Source: Eledone cirrhosa (taxonomy: Eukaryota). Taken from it: a DNA stretch of 64,000 nt. Positions 10,320 through 23,001 of this stretch are shown here, one piece after another. Position 1 is the first letter of the stretch. Each line of letters starts with the position of its first letter. The translations under genes and the position numbers were made by a program. The DNA is taken from the NCBI GenBank assembly GCA_964016885.1, contig OZ024740.1, positions 253,890,001 to 253,954,000 of the forward strand. The letters run 5' to 3'. Under the pieces are notes generated by a model, which was not told the DNA's origin, ran no database searches, and was given only the letters and a program-made list of their open reading frames with translations.

Positions 10320-12865
10320 TTTATATATAGTCATAGTCCTTTCGTCACACACTCTGTGACCTCTTCAGTGACTGGGGATTCCTTTCTTTGTTTCTGTGCC
10401 TTTCCTTTCTTCTGTCCTACGCCATTTTGTTTCTGTGTGTGTGTTGTTTGCGCATGCGCCACATCCGGGTGTCTGTGTGTGTTTGTGTTCATTTATCTAT
10501 TTGTTTATTTATTTATTTATTTATTGTTGGTTGGTTGTTTGTTCTATGTGTGTGTGTGTTTTCATTTTGTCCTTAATTGTAAGTTGTGATGTTGCTGTTC
10601 CACTCATATTTTCTATTTAATTTTGGTTGTAATTCTTTTATGCTTACTGCCTCTGTAATTTGCCTAAATATTGCATCTTTTCTGTGTGTGGATTCTATTT
10701 TTATTTCTATGTTCTCTAATTTACCCCTGTGTTCTATCTTAGCATGTTGGTAGAGCACAGATGATTCTTTATTATCTTGAAGGTCTCGCCAGTGTTCATT
10801 TATTCGTTCCCCTATACTACGAGCTGTCTCACCTATGTACACTATATTTTTGTTTCTACATTGTCCTTCAGTACATCTTATGCTATACACTACATTTCTA
10901 GTTTTACAGTTAATATGGGGGCTTATTTTACAGGTTATACATTTCTTATCTATACATGAGGGTCTTTGGAACGGGTATGTCTTGCTAATAAGTGTTTTTA
11001 CGGAGGTACCAGGTCTTTCTACTATCTTAATATTGAGTTTATGTTTATTTAGGGCCCTTCTAAATTTGTAGGCTAGTTTGCCTCTAGGGGTTGTATTGAT
11101 GAACATTACACTCTGGTATTTATTGCTATCATACCATGAGTTTATTCTATTGGCCTTGTTCCTAGTTCTTTCTATTCTATTCCAAAATTTGCTCCTATAC
11201 AAGGGGCAGGTCCCATTTATGTCATTATTTACCATTTTTTCCCATTTGGTTCTGGCTCCTCTATACACTCTGATTCTATCTCTCTGATTGTAGCCAGAGA
11301 ACTGCATACGGTGGATGAAGTGTTGTATGTGTCTCTCTAGTTCTTCGGGGTTGCACATGCGGGACACATTTCTCATCACCCGTACCAAATCCGCAATCAG
11401 TATGTTGATTTTGGTATGGTCCGAAATGGCCGAGTTTCGGTGGATCAGATGTTTGGAAGTCATGGGTTTGGCATAATGGGAATGGAGGATTTGTTTTTGG
11501 TTGTTAATGGTATCTAACCAGAGCTCTGTGTCTAGTACAGGTAATCGATGGTTGGGGTGTCTACTTGGGTAGTCTATAGTAACTCTAATGCTCTGGTGGA
11601 TGGAGTTTGCTATTTGCTGGATGCTTTCCATTGTGTTTTTCTCTAGTTTCTGACTGTCCTTTAGTGGGGGTGTCTTAACTACGATGTTTATATCATCTAC
11701 GTAGCGGGAGTACATTATCAGGGTTAAGCTGTCTTCTAATTGTTCTTTAAGTTTTTGTTTAAGTCCCACCATACCATGAATAAGTTAGCTATGTCGCCTG
11801 CAATGCTAACACCAATGGCTGCTTCTTCCTCTTGGGCATATGTTTTACCATTAAATTTGAACATATGTTCCTTAAGGGTTAATTTTATGCTGGCCCCTAC
11901 CGCATGTGCAATCATTTTCTTCAGTTCATCGTGGTTTTCGGGTGTCCGTATGGCTCTGGTCCACCCGTTCCATCTATCTGTGTGGGTTTTCTTGGCCATT
12001 GAGGTAATGGTAGGTGGTCTGCCTCTTGCTGGTCTTGTAGGGCACAGGTTGCTAAGGTCATAAGTGTCTAGGTAACTATTACTATGGGTAAGCTTAAGTA
12101 GAAGTCCCAGCTCACTGGTATCAATCCCACGGAACTCAACCTTGCTCTCGCTGATCATTTCTACGCATTTCTCCACAGCAAAATCCACGTCAATAGATGG
12201 ATACAGGGACACAACATCCATACTGCCTATTATGCAGTTTGTTAGGTCCCCAGATCGGTTACTCGCGCCGATTCTGCTGAGGAGGTCCTCCGTGCTGTCA
12301 CATACATCTGGGGACATCTCAATGATGGGGCGTATGATCAGGGAGAGGAAGTAGGACAGTCTGTAGTTACTAGCAATGTTAGCTCCACAGACTGGCCGTG
12401 TTGGTGGTCCCGCGACAGGGTCACAGCCCATTTTATGGTCTTTTCGAAGCCCATACAACGCCGGCACGTCATTGTTCCAGGCCTGGAAGTTGTTGGCAGT
12501 CCTTTTGTTGGGCTGCATTATATTCGTCCACATCACCATATGGGCATTGAGGGCTTTTTCTCTATCCTCATGCTCCTGTGGTGTTACCTCTCTTGTGTTA
12601 GTGATGTGGGGTTGCATTGCCTGGATGTAGTTTGGCAGGCTGTCAACCGACATTCTGCCAGACTTGTCTGTTGGAAAGCATGCTATCTCTCCATTACGTG
12701 AGCGCTGCATGAGCTTACGCAAGCCATTTGCAGATTTTTCTCCCAGTTGCTGGGCCTCTATTCTATTATGCTTCTTGCTATACTGTTCTATAATATTTCT
12801 AAGTTCAGATTTAGCTATACTAAATTGTGCTTCTGTTTGTTCATCGACCTGCGACGGCAACTGCG
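10320..12865 (-). mobile_element. Penelope-like retroelement (RT + GIY-YIG), 5'-truncated, one frameshift near 11760
   Basis: PTDKSG, YGLRKDHK, PTRPVCGA, SMDVVSLYPSI, YSRYVDDI, LPVLDTELW, HYAKPM; CxxxxCxxC then RNVVYSIRC...YIGETARSIGERINEH...RQITEAVSI...LNRKYEW. Confidence 0.93.
10329..10373 (-). ncRNA. Minimal type I hammerhead ribozyme in PLE 3' pLTR
   Basis: Minus strand AGUCA-CUGAAGA-G-GUCACA(gagug)UGUGAC-GAAA-GGAC-UA-UGACU: intact core, 5-bp stem I, 6-bp stem II, ~200 nt downstream of the PLE ORF stop. Confidence 0.85.
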
Positions 12866-12867
12866 AC

Positions 12868-12985
12868 AAAATAGCACCCAGCAATGAGGTTGGCGTTAGG
12901 AAGGGCATAGAAATCAAGCCAGAATCAGTTCTCGTCCCACCCTTGCAAGCAAGGAAAAGCGAACGTAAAATGATGATGATGATAT
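12868..12985 (+). mobile_element. SINE/LINE 3' tail fragment
   Basis: GGTTGGCGTTAGGAAGGGCAT...CCCACCCTTGCAAGC...CGTAAAATGATGATG, same as the tail of the SINE at 14665. Confidence 0.75.
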
Positions 12986-12999
12986 ATGTATGTATGTAA

Positions 13000-13600
13000 A
13001 AGGTAAACAGAAATAACAACACAATCGGTACAGTATATGGAAGGGATATATTAGGTTAACGCTTGATATAGCAGGAAGAGGGTCTTAACGTTTCGGATGC
13101 TAGTCCTTCATCAGAAGATAGAATGAGAAATATGATAGATTGAAGGGACAGGCGGGTTGGAATTGGAAAAAATGTCTTTAGAGAAAAATAACAGGTCCAT
13201 TCATGTTGATATCTCTTGCAAAACTGTTGGTGCTGGTGTTTTCTGAATGAATTATTTTTTAGAAAAGTGGCTCATGGAGCGCATCTACCTGAAATGGAAA
13301 AGAAACGGTTTTGTAAAAAGAGCTATACTTGTGCATGTGTCAAAAGGACACCCAGGACTGAAACATGTAAGGAAGAATGACCAGAAGAACAGAAATGACG
13401 GGTGACAGGAGTATCCAAATAGAGTCGTATGTCCCTCAAATGCTCGGCAAAACAGTCCGCCATACAGCGTCCGTTTTGTCCAATATATAAAGACCCTCAA
13501 AGGGAACACTGGAGGGCATAGACAATGTGGGTGCATATGCAGGTGAATGAGTGGCAGATACGGAAAGATCCGTTAGGGCTTGTAAGAGTGGTGAGGATGG
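13000..13600 (-). mobile_element. PLE 3' fragment (GIY-YIG domain + pLTR)
   Basis: Minus-strand frame CTHIVYALQCSL*GSLYIGQNGRCMADCFAEHLRDIR (~13425-13535), followed downstream by a hammerhead. Confidence 0.75.
13083..13118 (-). ncRNA. Minimal type I hammerhead ribozyme
   Basis: Minus strand UCUU-CUGAUGA-A-GGA(cuagca)UCC-GAAA-CG-UU-AAGA: perfect core, palindromic ACGU stem III, stem I UCUU/AAGA. Confidence 0.88.
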
Positions 13601-13624
13601 AAATATAAATGTATATATATATAA

Positions 13625-14070
13625 CATCATCATCATCATCATTACTGTTTTACGTCCGTTCTTCCATGCTAGCATGGGTTAGATGAGTTGTCCTGTTGTG
13701 GGCAGTAGCCAGTCGACTGACCATGTCTTGCTCATACGGCAACTGATTCTAGCTTGATTTCTACAGCTGGAGGCCCTTCCTAACACCAACCTCATTTACA
13801 GTGAGTGCTGGTGCTTTTTTGCTGTGGCACCTCCATGACCACTTTGCAGTGGGAGGGGTGGGGGCATATTGTCTATATGCTTCAGCTTCGGCTTGTACCC
13901 GTGGGGGTTTGGGTCTTCTGTATTACTGCGTGGCGCTAGAGGTCACGATCGTGTGTCATCGCCTTTGAGAAGTGTAATTGGGTAAGGTCGGCTTTTATCA
14001 CCTCATCCCAGGTCTTGGGTCTCACCACTCCACGGCTTCCATCGACTTCTAGTGCTCCACCATGTTTTAT
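13625..14070 (-). mobile_element. RTE-like LINE 3' end fragment
   Basis: (CAT)n then reverse complement of the shared tail (CCCTTCCTAACACCAACC); PKTWDEVIKADL on the minus strand; near-identical tail at 54310-54660. Confidence 0.75.
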
Positions 14071-14153
14071 TCATTCTGACAACTGAAAATAGATACATCT
14101 GCTTTCAAGAAACCACTGGTAAATGAAGTAATTATCTTATGTTGTTTATTACA

Positions 14154-14203
<50 letters not shown>

Positions 14204-14312
14204 TACTTATATGCGTCCATAGGTGGTATGCCAGTTGAGCACTCTATGCTCCTGCATATATATATATATATGAGTAGATGTGTGTATGTATTTTTGTGTG
14301 TACATATATATG

Positions 14313-14343
<31 letters not shown>

Positions 14344-14344
14344 A

Positions 14345-14630
14345 TCATCAACATTTATGTCCGCTTTTCCCTGCTTGCAAGGGTGGGATGGGTCCTATTC
14401 AGCACAGCATCTCTCCGTTCGTCATGGTCGCTCGGGAGCCTCATCGATCTAAGGTCAGCTCTTACCACCTCTGCTCATGTTTTTCGTGATCTTCCTCTAC
14501 TGCGTCTTCCTTCCACTGGGATTTCCTGGCACTTCATCCGTCGGTCATCTCTCATGCGCATCGCATGTACATACCAATGCAGTCTTCTCTCCTGCACACT
14601 ACAGTTTATCCCTCTTATACACAGTTTCAC
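14345..14630 (-). mobile_element. RTE-like LINE subfamily B 3' end fragment
   Basis: Reverse complement of the 22540-22835 region (RRLHWY..., RKTWAEVVRADLR). Confidence 0.8.
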
Positions 14631-14664
14631 TCACGTATGTATATAAATATATATATATATATAT

Positions 14665-14992
14665 GGGGGCACATGGCTTAGTGGTTAGAGCATTGGCCTT
14701 GCAATCGAAAGGTTGTGAGTTCAATTCTCAGACTGGGTGATGTGTTGTTTCCTTGACGCAAGACATTTTATTTCACATTGCTCTAGTTTACTCAGCTGTG
14801 GAAATGAGATGATAGGGACCCCAGTCCCTATCATTCCACTGCAAAATGGTCGTGGAGGTGCCACAGCAAAAAAGCACCAGCACTCACTGTAACTGAGGTT
14901 GGTGTTAGGAAGGGCATCCAGCTGTAGAAATCAAGCCAGAATCACGTCCCACCCTTGCAAGCAGGGAAAAGTGGACGTAAAATGTTGATGAT
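14665..14992 (+). mobile_element. tRNA-derived SINE with CORE/V-like body and RTE-derived tail
   Basis: A box TGGCTTAGTGG, B box GAGTTCAATTC, body CCTTG..CAAGACA...CTCAGCTG, tail identical to the LINE-B 3' end (CCCACCCTTGCAAGCAGGGAAAAG.GGAC.TAAAATG); second copy at 51205-51540 on the minus strand. Confidence 0.85.
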
Positions 14993-15013
14993 GTGTGTGT
15001 GTGTATGTATGTG

Positions 15014-15049
<36 letters not shown>

Positions 15050-15051
<2 letters not shown>

Positions 15052-15430
15052 TGAATACTGTTGTCCACTGTGGTCTCCCCTCATGAAAGTTGAAGCATCC
15101 CAAAGGTCAATTACAAAAAAGATAGATGGCATGACAGGGTTTGACTATTGGAGTCGATTAGAAAAGCTCAATCTTTATTCCCTCTAATGCCGCCGTGAGC
15201 GCTACATTATCTGAATGCTGTGGAAAATATTCCCTCAGCTTTGCCCAAATGATGTTGGCCTCACTTTTAAGGTACACCCAAGGCTTGGGCGCCGTGCTAT
15301 CCGCCCACAACAAAAATCTCACTCGCATCTCATAACAACAATACGGCATAATTATTTCACCTCAATTAACACCGCTCTCTTTAACATTACACCAAAACAC
15401 ATTAAAACAGAAACAGACCCCATCAAGTAT
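15050..15430 (+). mobile_element. CR1/L2-like LINE 3' RT fragment
   Basis: EYCCPLWSP...QRSITKKIDGM...YWSRLEKLNLYSL*CRRERY. Confidence 0.7.
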
Positions 15431-17045
15431 AATTTCCTGTTCTTGGATTGCGAAAGCGTATCCTTCAAAGTGGGAGCCAATATAGCGGTTGTTGGTCCAA
15501 GTTAGACTACTTTGTTTATCTATATTACTCTCACTCTGGAGCTTCCTGGCAACGTATCCATGCATGATTTTTTTGTTGATAAGCATGCAATTTTTCATCC
15601 ATGGATTCACTGCGGTACTGCTGGGCAACCTCGCTGGGTGCGAATTTTTGATTATCATGCAAGGAGTATCTTTCAAGGAGCTCCTTCCCAATTCTCATGA
15701 TCTTATCTGTCTCATGCAGATAGACTTGCTCGATAGACGGGCTCCTACGCTTCGAGGTTCGTAAATGTTGTCGGAGGGATATGATGCAACATTCAAATGT
15801 TGTCTGGACTGATGTTAGGCCTCTGCCTCCCAACTTACGTTTTAAGTAGAGGCTCTCTATTGACGTGGACGTTTCCGGCATTGTTTAGTATTTTTCCAGT
15901 CCTAACATCAATTGCTATGGATTTCGTCTATCGTCCAATTGAGTATTCCAAACGTTGGTGTTAGGATAGGCACAGCAAACACATTGTGAGCCACTGTTCT
16001 ATTGTGCACGGAGAGTTCTGATGACCATATTTTTCTTAATCGGGTGTAGTATTCCCTGGTTATGCGTTCTTTATTACAGATACCATTATAGGATATGTTC
16101 TCATCTTTCCCCAGGTATCTGTAGCAGTCTTCATCAGATATCGGTGAAACAGTTAGGCCATTGATGAAAATGTTGCTAGATTGGGTTGTACTTTTTCCCT
16201 GCTTTACAGTCATATATGAACATTTATCTTGGCCAAACTCCATTCCTTTATCCTTTGAGAATGTTGTAACCAGGTCAAGATTTTTCTTCATCCCATTTAT
16301 GTTCTTGGCAAAGTGTTTCAGATCATCCACAAAGAAATTATGGGTTAAGTTTGTATTTCTGTCCTCCTGAGAGCCAGATGTATCATTCACATTTCTTGAG
16401 CAGAAAGTACAATGGCAGGGTAAATAATAGCACAGAGAGACTGTCTCCTTGAAATATACCCCTGTGATATTCTATTTTATCAGTGAAAATAGAGTCCTCC
16501 TCTGTTTTTAACTTTAGGATAGTAGCCAAAGAAGAAGACAGCTTCTCTATGGCTCTGATAATAATGTCTGGGACTTTAGCAAGTCGTAGGGCCTCTATCA
16601 TCCAAGAGTGGGGAACAGAATCAAAAGCTTTTCTGTAGTCCAGCCAGACTGTAGCCATATTCCTCCTCAGTTGTCGCACCTCCGACATCTCAGTTTTGTT
16701 GATTAGGAGTTGTTCAGCACATCCCCAAATACCTTTCTTTCCAGCTGCTTGTTCATCTATGATGATGTTATTTTCACAGTGATCTTGGAGGAATAGGTTC
16801 AGGCAGGCTGTATACATCTTATACATCAGGTTCTGGCATGCAATGGGTCGGTATTTTTTTGCCAAGTGGGTGTCTTTGTTCTTAGGGATCAGTATTGTTT
16901 GTGCTAATGTCAACCATTCTGGTATAAGTGTATCTCCCTCAAGAACTTGTTGGTAGAGGTCGGTAAGATACATCCGATAGAATATCAGTTTTTTGTACCC
17001 ATAGCCGACAATCATGTCTCTTCCTGGTGTTTTCTTATCTTGGAG
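15430..17045 (-). mobile_element. R4/Dong-clade non-LTR retrotransposon RT fragment, decayed
   Basis: TPGRDMIVGY, YRPIACQNLMYK, GCAEQLLINK, WLDYRKAFDSVPHSW, GIFQGDSLS, FVDDLK, YRYLG, LYLKRKLGGRGL, FAIQEQ. Confidence 0.88.
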
Positions 17046-17056
17046 TTGTATGTATG

Positions 17057-17087
<31 letters not shown>

Positions 17088-17254
17088 GTATATCATCATC
17101 ATTATCATCATCATCATCATTTAACGTCCATCTTCCACACTAGCATGTATGTATTGGGTTGTCAAGTATGAAATTTGTAGAAATTTTTTTTTTCTTTCTA
17201 CAAATTTCTACAAATTGTATATGTATATATGTGTGCATGTATATATATATTGAT

Positions 17255-18252
17255 ATGTCAATTCTTTGGTCCACCGACATCCTCAGTAACTACTCTGAGA
17301 TCTAAAGACAATGCCAATATCATCATCGAAGAGCCATCAAAAATCCTTCAGCGTTGGGAGGAACATTTTACTGACCTGTTTGACAACCCATGAGTAGCCA
17401 ATTTTGGAGTGATACAGGGCCTTCCTCAATGTGAAACAGTCCACTGTATGGATTGAGGTCCCTTTGCTAATGAAATAAAGCTGGCAATCAAACAGGTTAA
17501 CTCTGGCAAGGCACCTGGTCCAGATAGTATCCCAGTTGAACTGCTGAATGTCGGTAGTGATAATGTAACAGAAGCAATAAACAACTTCATTACGGATTGC
17601 TGGAATGGGACCCAGGTTCCACAAGACTGGATCAACAGTATTCTGTTATCATTATACAAAGGCAAAGGTGAAAAATTGATACGTCAAAACTACCTTGGTA
17701 TCGCTTTGTTGGAAGATGTTGGCAAGGTTCTCGCAAGACGTTTGTTCAACAGACTTGAGGAGGATATCTGTCCTATAGCTATCCCAGAATCACAGAGTGG
17801 TTTTAGAGGAAGAAGGGAAACAGTTGACATGATTTTCTCTGTAAGACAAATACAAGAAAAATCCATTGAACAGTGTGTCCCTCTATATCAAGTTTTTGTT
17901 GACCTAATGAAGGCTTTTGACACAGTTAACAGCGATGCACTCTGGATAATACTTGAAAAAGTACGATGTCCACCCAAGTTTGTGAGTATACTAAAGCAAC
18001 TACACAGAAATATGAAAGCTCAAGTTACCTTCAATGGTCAACTATCTGGGGAAATCCCAATTGACAATGGGGTAAAGCAAGGTGATATTCCTGCTCCTAC
18101 GCTTTTCTCCATCCTCTTTGCTGCCTTTCTCACATGCTTTCCATGATTGTGACATAGGTATTCTCTTACGGTTCAGAACCACTGGAAAGGTTTTCAACTG
18201 AAGAAGGTTTAATACCAAGACAAAAACTTTTCAAGCTTTGATCAGAGACCTT
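17255..18252 (+). mobile_element. RTE (BovB-like) LINE RT fragment
   Basis: GKAPGPDSIPVELL, PESQSGFR, DMIFSVRQIQEK, FVDLMKAFDTV, GVKQGDIPAPTLF, IRDLL. Confidence 0.88.
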
Positions 18253-18253
18253 C

Positions 18254-18770
18254 TTTGCAATTATGCAAACAAGCCTCAATTTTATAGTCATGTCAGTAGA
18301 ATGAACAATTTATTTTTGCTCTTGTTGGCATACAAATCGAATGTTATTATTAATATTCGAAAAACTCAGATTACATTTATTGTATTCAGCCATGTAAAAC
18401 GAAATTTTCTTTCTTTATTTGAATTTGACAAAGCCGGCCATTTATCGCTCGTATACAGGACACTGACTGGCCAGTCTGCTGATATGCAAATCTGGCTGAT
18501 CAGTGGATCTGCTAATATGTAGATCTGACTGATCAGCCAGTCTGCCAATATGCAAATCGGGCCGATCAGTCACTGTGTATTTTTGAAAATAGCATATATT
18601 TTCACTAGCTCTGACAGTTTGGCAGGTGAACAGTGAGCTGTACTGATGAAGGGTGATACCCAGAAACATTAGTGTCTGCAGTTCTGTTCGCATGCCAACA
18701 TAAGAGCAAGAATGAAGTGTTCATTCTACTGACATGGCTATAAATTGGGGCTTGTTTGCATAATTGCAAA
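18254..18770. mobile_element. MITE/foldback-like element with ~53-bp terminal inverted repeats
   Basis: 18254-18307 (TTTGCAATTATGCAAACAAGCC...GTAGAATGAACA) is the reverse complement of 18718-18770; internal ~33-bp tandem units at 18460-18575. Confidence 0.7.
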
Positions 18771-18929
18771 CAAATCGAATGTTATTATTAATATTCGAAA
18801 AACTCAGATTACATTTATTGTATTCAGCCATGTAGAGCGAAATTTTCGAAAAACATTGCAACCAAAGGAAAACAGGAAGACGATACTTTGGTTCGTGAAG
18901 ATGTTCCCTGGCAATGAACGGAAAAAAGC

Positions 18930-19985
18930 GAAGATAATAGCCTTAATCGCCTTTAGTAAGTTATTTTTTAGGAACTCCCAGTGCTCTTCTACATTGAATG
19001 TCTCTATCTGTTCTTTAGTGTCACAGGCGTCGAGTAAGATATCTTTAAATCTGTTACTGGCTGAGGGGTCTTTCAGCTTCCAGATCTTTCTTCTCTAGAT
19101 TGCTTTCTGTTTCCAAGTTCGTCTAGTTCTGACTATAAGGTCGCTGACAATTAAGTTATGTTGGGAGGTACATTCCTCACCAGGGAAGGCTTTTGTGTTT
19201 ACAACAGTCCATCTATCTTGTCCTCTGATAAGGATAAAATCTATCTGACTAGAATGCTCCTCTGATCTATAGGTGATCAGATGGTTGTTGGGTTTTTTGA
19301 AGTTTGTGTTACATATCGACATGTCATTGGCGTCACAGAATTCTAGAAGCCTGAAGCCTTCTTCATTTCCTGTACCAAACCTGTAGCCTCCATGGACGCT
19401 ATAGAAGCTGTCACAGTGTTTCCCAATGTATCCGTTAAAGTCCCCTGCAATGATTAGGAAGTCATTGTCATTTGTTATGGCAGTAGTGTGCATTAAGGAC
19501 TCGTAAAACCTATCCTTCAGTTCGTCTGGCAACCCCGATTGGGGTGCGTAAGCTGATATGATTGTAGCAATTGTTTTATTCAGGACTAGTCTGAGTTTAA
19601 CAATTCTCACGTTCACCCTGTTTACTAAGATTAGCTTATCTACCCATTTCTCAGCTAATAGTATACCTCCACCACCCATCCTGTTGTCATTTCCCACCTA
19701 GAAAAATTTATAGCACTGATTTTTGCCTACCAGCACTCTAGCGGAATCTCCTCTCCACCTAGTTTCATGCACACAGCATACATCAATTTCCTTTCGCTCT
19801 AACATCTCTAAGATTTCTCCTGCTCTTCTTTTCATAGTGCTTACGTTGATGGTGCCAACTTGGAGTTTTGGGCATTTGCCATCACTCATGGGAAAGGTTG
19901 AATTTTTGCGTGGGAGTGTGTATGCTTCCTGTCTCTGAATTAAAGCTTTGTATGGGTGCTTGGTAATCCTCAGATTCATATTCAT
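18930..19985 (-). mobile_element. RTE-like LINE 5' part (APE endonuclease)
   Basis: VGTINVSTM, VCCVHETRW, ISAYAPQ, AGDFNG, SQIDFIL, QHNLIVSD; homologous to 6500-7550. Confidence 0.9.
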
Positions 19986-20595
19986 TTATTTATTCAGGGT
20001 TGTTCCATTTGTCCTCAACTCATCCATAGATAACGATAAACAAGAATTCTTTGGTGCACGGCTAGAAGGACAGTAGTAGTAATGGCAGAGTTTGTTGGGG
20101 CTGGAAATGGGTGAGGACATGTTGCTGAGGTTTGATTGGTCCGATAGCCTATGGTGGTGAGTGGGGTGTGGGGAGAGAAATTGTGAGATAGGTAACTATC
20201 ATGGCCTATATCATCACAGAAATTGGGGGGGGGGGATAAGAAGATACAAGTAGGCATATTTGACAAGGCGAATATGTGAGAATTTCGAAACACCGAAATG
20301 AGTGAGATAGAAGGGTAGAGAATGGTTGGAGTTAGGGATGAGTTCGTAGAGAAAGGGAATGTCCAACATGGTTTATTTTGAAAACAAGGTCGAAGTATAT
20401 ACGTTGTGGAAACAAGTGAATCATAATAATAACAATGTAAACATAACATTTTGAAATTGGGAAAGAGAAATACCTGTAGAAAAGAAATAATCTATGGATG
20501 GCTGGAAATCTTTAAAAATCCATCTAGCCTTTCAGAAAGCTGTCTGACTTCGTCAATACCAAGAAGAATGAATGTGAGAGAAAAGGGAGAGAATA

Positions 20596-20642
<47 letters not shown>

Positions 20643-20864
20643 TGTAATATGTCCAATAAATTCCATTCGTTGCAATACTGATTCTCTTTTTTTCTGTGAT
20701 ATCATACTCTGCTCTATGAGAGCATCGAGTGCTCAAACGGCCTACCGCATACGGACGCTTTAAGCATCCAACACCAATTATATGTATAATATGTATATAC
20801 ATATATGTATATGCATATATGTATGTGTATATATATATGTTTGCATATGTGTATGTGTGACACA

Positions 20865-22835
20865 CAGGAAGGTATGAAAAAGCTAAAGGAGGGTGACTTG
20901 GTGGTGGAACAGCATGGTAAATAGAGCCATTAAAGACAAAAGACAAGCATGGTAGGATCGGAAAAATGTGGTGAGTAGAGACCGATATTCAGCCACTAAA
21001 AGTAAGGATAGACATTAGGTATACTTAGCATGCAGGGAGGCTGAGAGTAGGAGGTTTGCCAATGTTCTGTGATGGGAAGATCAGAGATGTGCGGTGTTCC
21101 GCATTGCAAGGCAATGTGTCAGTGTAAATCAGGATGTTGCTGGAGATAAGTGTGTCCGAAATAATGCTGGTGCACTTAGTGTCACTGATGCTCAGAAAAA
21201 GGAGGCCTGGAAATGTCACTATGAGAGACTGATGAATGTGGAGAATGAATGGGAAAGAGAGAAACTACTCCCAATAGACCCAACAGAGGGACCAGATATT
21301 GAGGTTGACGACTATAGGATGAAAGAAGCAATCAAGAAAATGTAAAGTGGTTAGTCTGCTGGACCATCAGGGATAATTGCTGAGATGCTGAAGCATCAAG
21401 AGAAGTAGGAACTAAACTAGTTGCACGCATAGCCATCAAGTTATATATGGCAGAGTGATACCCAAAGACTGGTGCAGCAGTATTCTTGTAAATTGCTACA
21501 AAGGTAAAGGGTATGCTCTGGAGAGGAGCAATTATAGGGGTATAAAACTGATGGATCAGGTTATGAAAGTGAAAAAAAAAGATTGCTAGCACAACTAATT
21601 AGAGAAAGAGTTTGTTCTCTAAGAACCTCTTTTGTAGTGAGAAAACTACAAGAGAGGTTCTTAGAGAAGAATTTAGCTTTTGTTGACTTAGAGAAGGCCT
21701 TTGGTAGAGTACCCTGATCTGTCATCTGCTGGTCCCTAGGAAACTAGGTGTAGAGGAATGGCTTGTGAAGACAGTGCAAGCTATGTACAGAGGAGCTGTC
21801 AGTAAAGTGAGAGTAGGAATTGAGCTTAGTAAGGAATTCCAGATATAAATAGGATTTTATCAGGGTTCGGTCCTCAGCCCACTCTTATTCATTATAGTTC
21901 TTGCTGACATCTGGTTCTTATAGCAGAATTAGTAGAGGGGCTAGAGAATAAATTCTGGCTATGGAAACAGCAGTTGGAATCAAGAGGACTGAGAGTGAAC
22001 CTAACATAGACTAAAGTGTTGATAAGTAGGAAAGAGGATAAGACTCTGATTCCATGAGGGAAATGGCCATGTTCAATATGTAGAAAAGGAGCTGGCATAA
22101 ACTCTATAGAATGTACACAATGCAGATCTTGGGTACACAAGAGGTGTAGTGGGATAGCAGGCAAACTAACAGAAAGGGAACACTTCATATATAGTAGATG
22201 TTCAGGGAAAATTGATAGTAGAAGTGTGAGTGATAGACACATTTTTCAAATGCAGGTAGGATCTATAGAGGTGGTTGATAACTTCCGATATTTGGGTGAT
22301 CAGATTAGCAAGGGAGGAGAATAAGGACAGGATGGAAGAAGTTTAGGGAGCTCTGTTGACAACAAAGCATTTCTCCCTATGAACAAAAGGTCAGTTATAT
22401 GATGCCTGTGTGAGATGCACAATGCTGCATGGTAGTAACTACGGAGGATATGTGACAGCTGGAGAGAAATGAAGCAAGCATGCTCCGATGGCTGTGCAAT
22501 GTCAATGTGTGTGAACGACCAAGCATAGATGAGTTGAGAGTAAAACTGTGTATAAGAGGGATAAACTGTAGTGGGTAGGAGAGAAGACTGCATTGGTATG
22601 GACATGTGATACGCATGGAAGATGACTGCTAGGTGAAGAAGTGCCAGGAAATCACAGTGGAAGGAAGATGCAGTAGAGGAAAACGACGAAAAACTTGGGC
22701 GGAGGCGGTGAGAGCTGACCTCAGATCACTAAAGCTCACAGAGGAGATGACAAGGGACCGTGACGAATGGAGAGATGCTGTGCTGAAGAGGACCCATCCC
22801 ACCCTTGCAAGCAGGGAAAAGCGGACATAAAATGA
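20865..22835 (+). mobile_element. RTE-like LINE subfamily B, 5'-truncated, heavily decayed
   Basis: FRIARQCV...WKCHYERLMN, AFVDLEKAFG, QGSVLSP, PHD remnant (WPCSICRK...CTQCRSWVHKRC); ORF end RKTW...HPTLASREKRT. Confidence 0.88.
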
Positions 22836-22950
22836 TATATATGTATATGTTCCATTTGAAGCAGGAATGGTCGGTAGACCATGTCTCGCTCACATGGGAG
22901 TGTCTCTGGCAGGTTTTTTACAGCTGGATGCCCTTCCTAACACCAACCGC

Positions 22951-22994
<44 letters not shown>

Positions 22995-23001
<7 letters not shown>

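Noticed and set aside
14228-14489. Short ORFs rich in YIYI/VCVC/MMMM here and throughout the window
   Set aside because: Translations of (TA)n, (TG)n and (GAT)n microsatellites
14665-14740. tRNA gene (also 49832-49925)
   Set aside because: A/B boxes present but no complete cloverleaf, and each continues into a SINE body and tail found in multiple copies
20515-20562. Minus-strand UUGACGA...GAAA-GGC-UA hammerhead-like motif
   Set aside because: Core altered and stem I cannot pair; no clear PLE ORF adjacent
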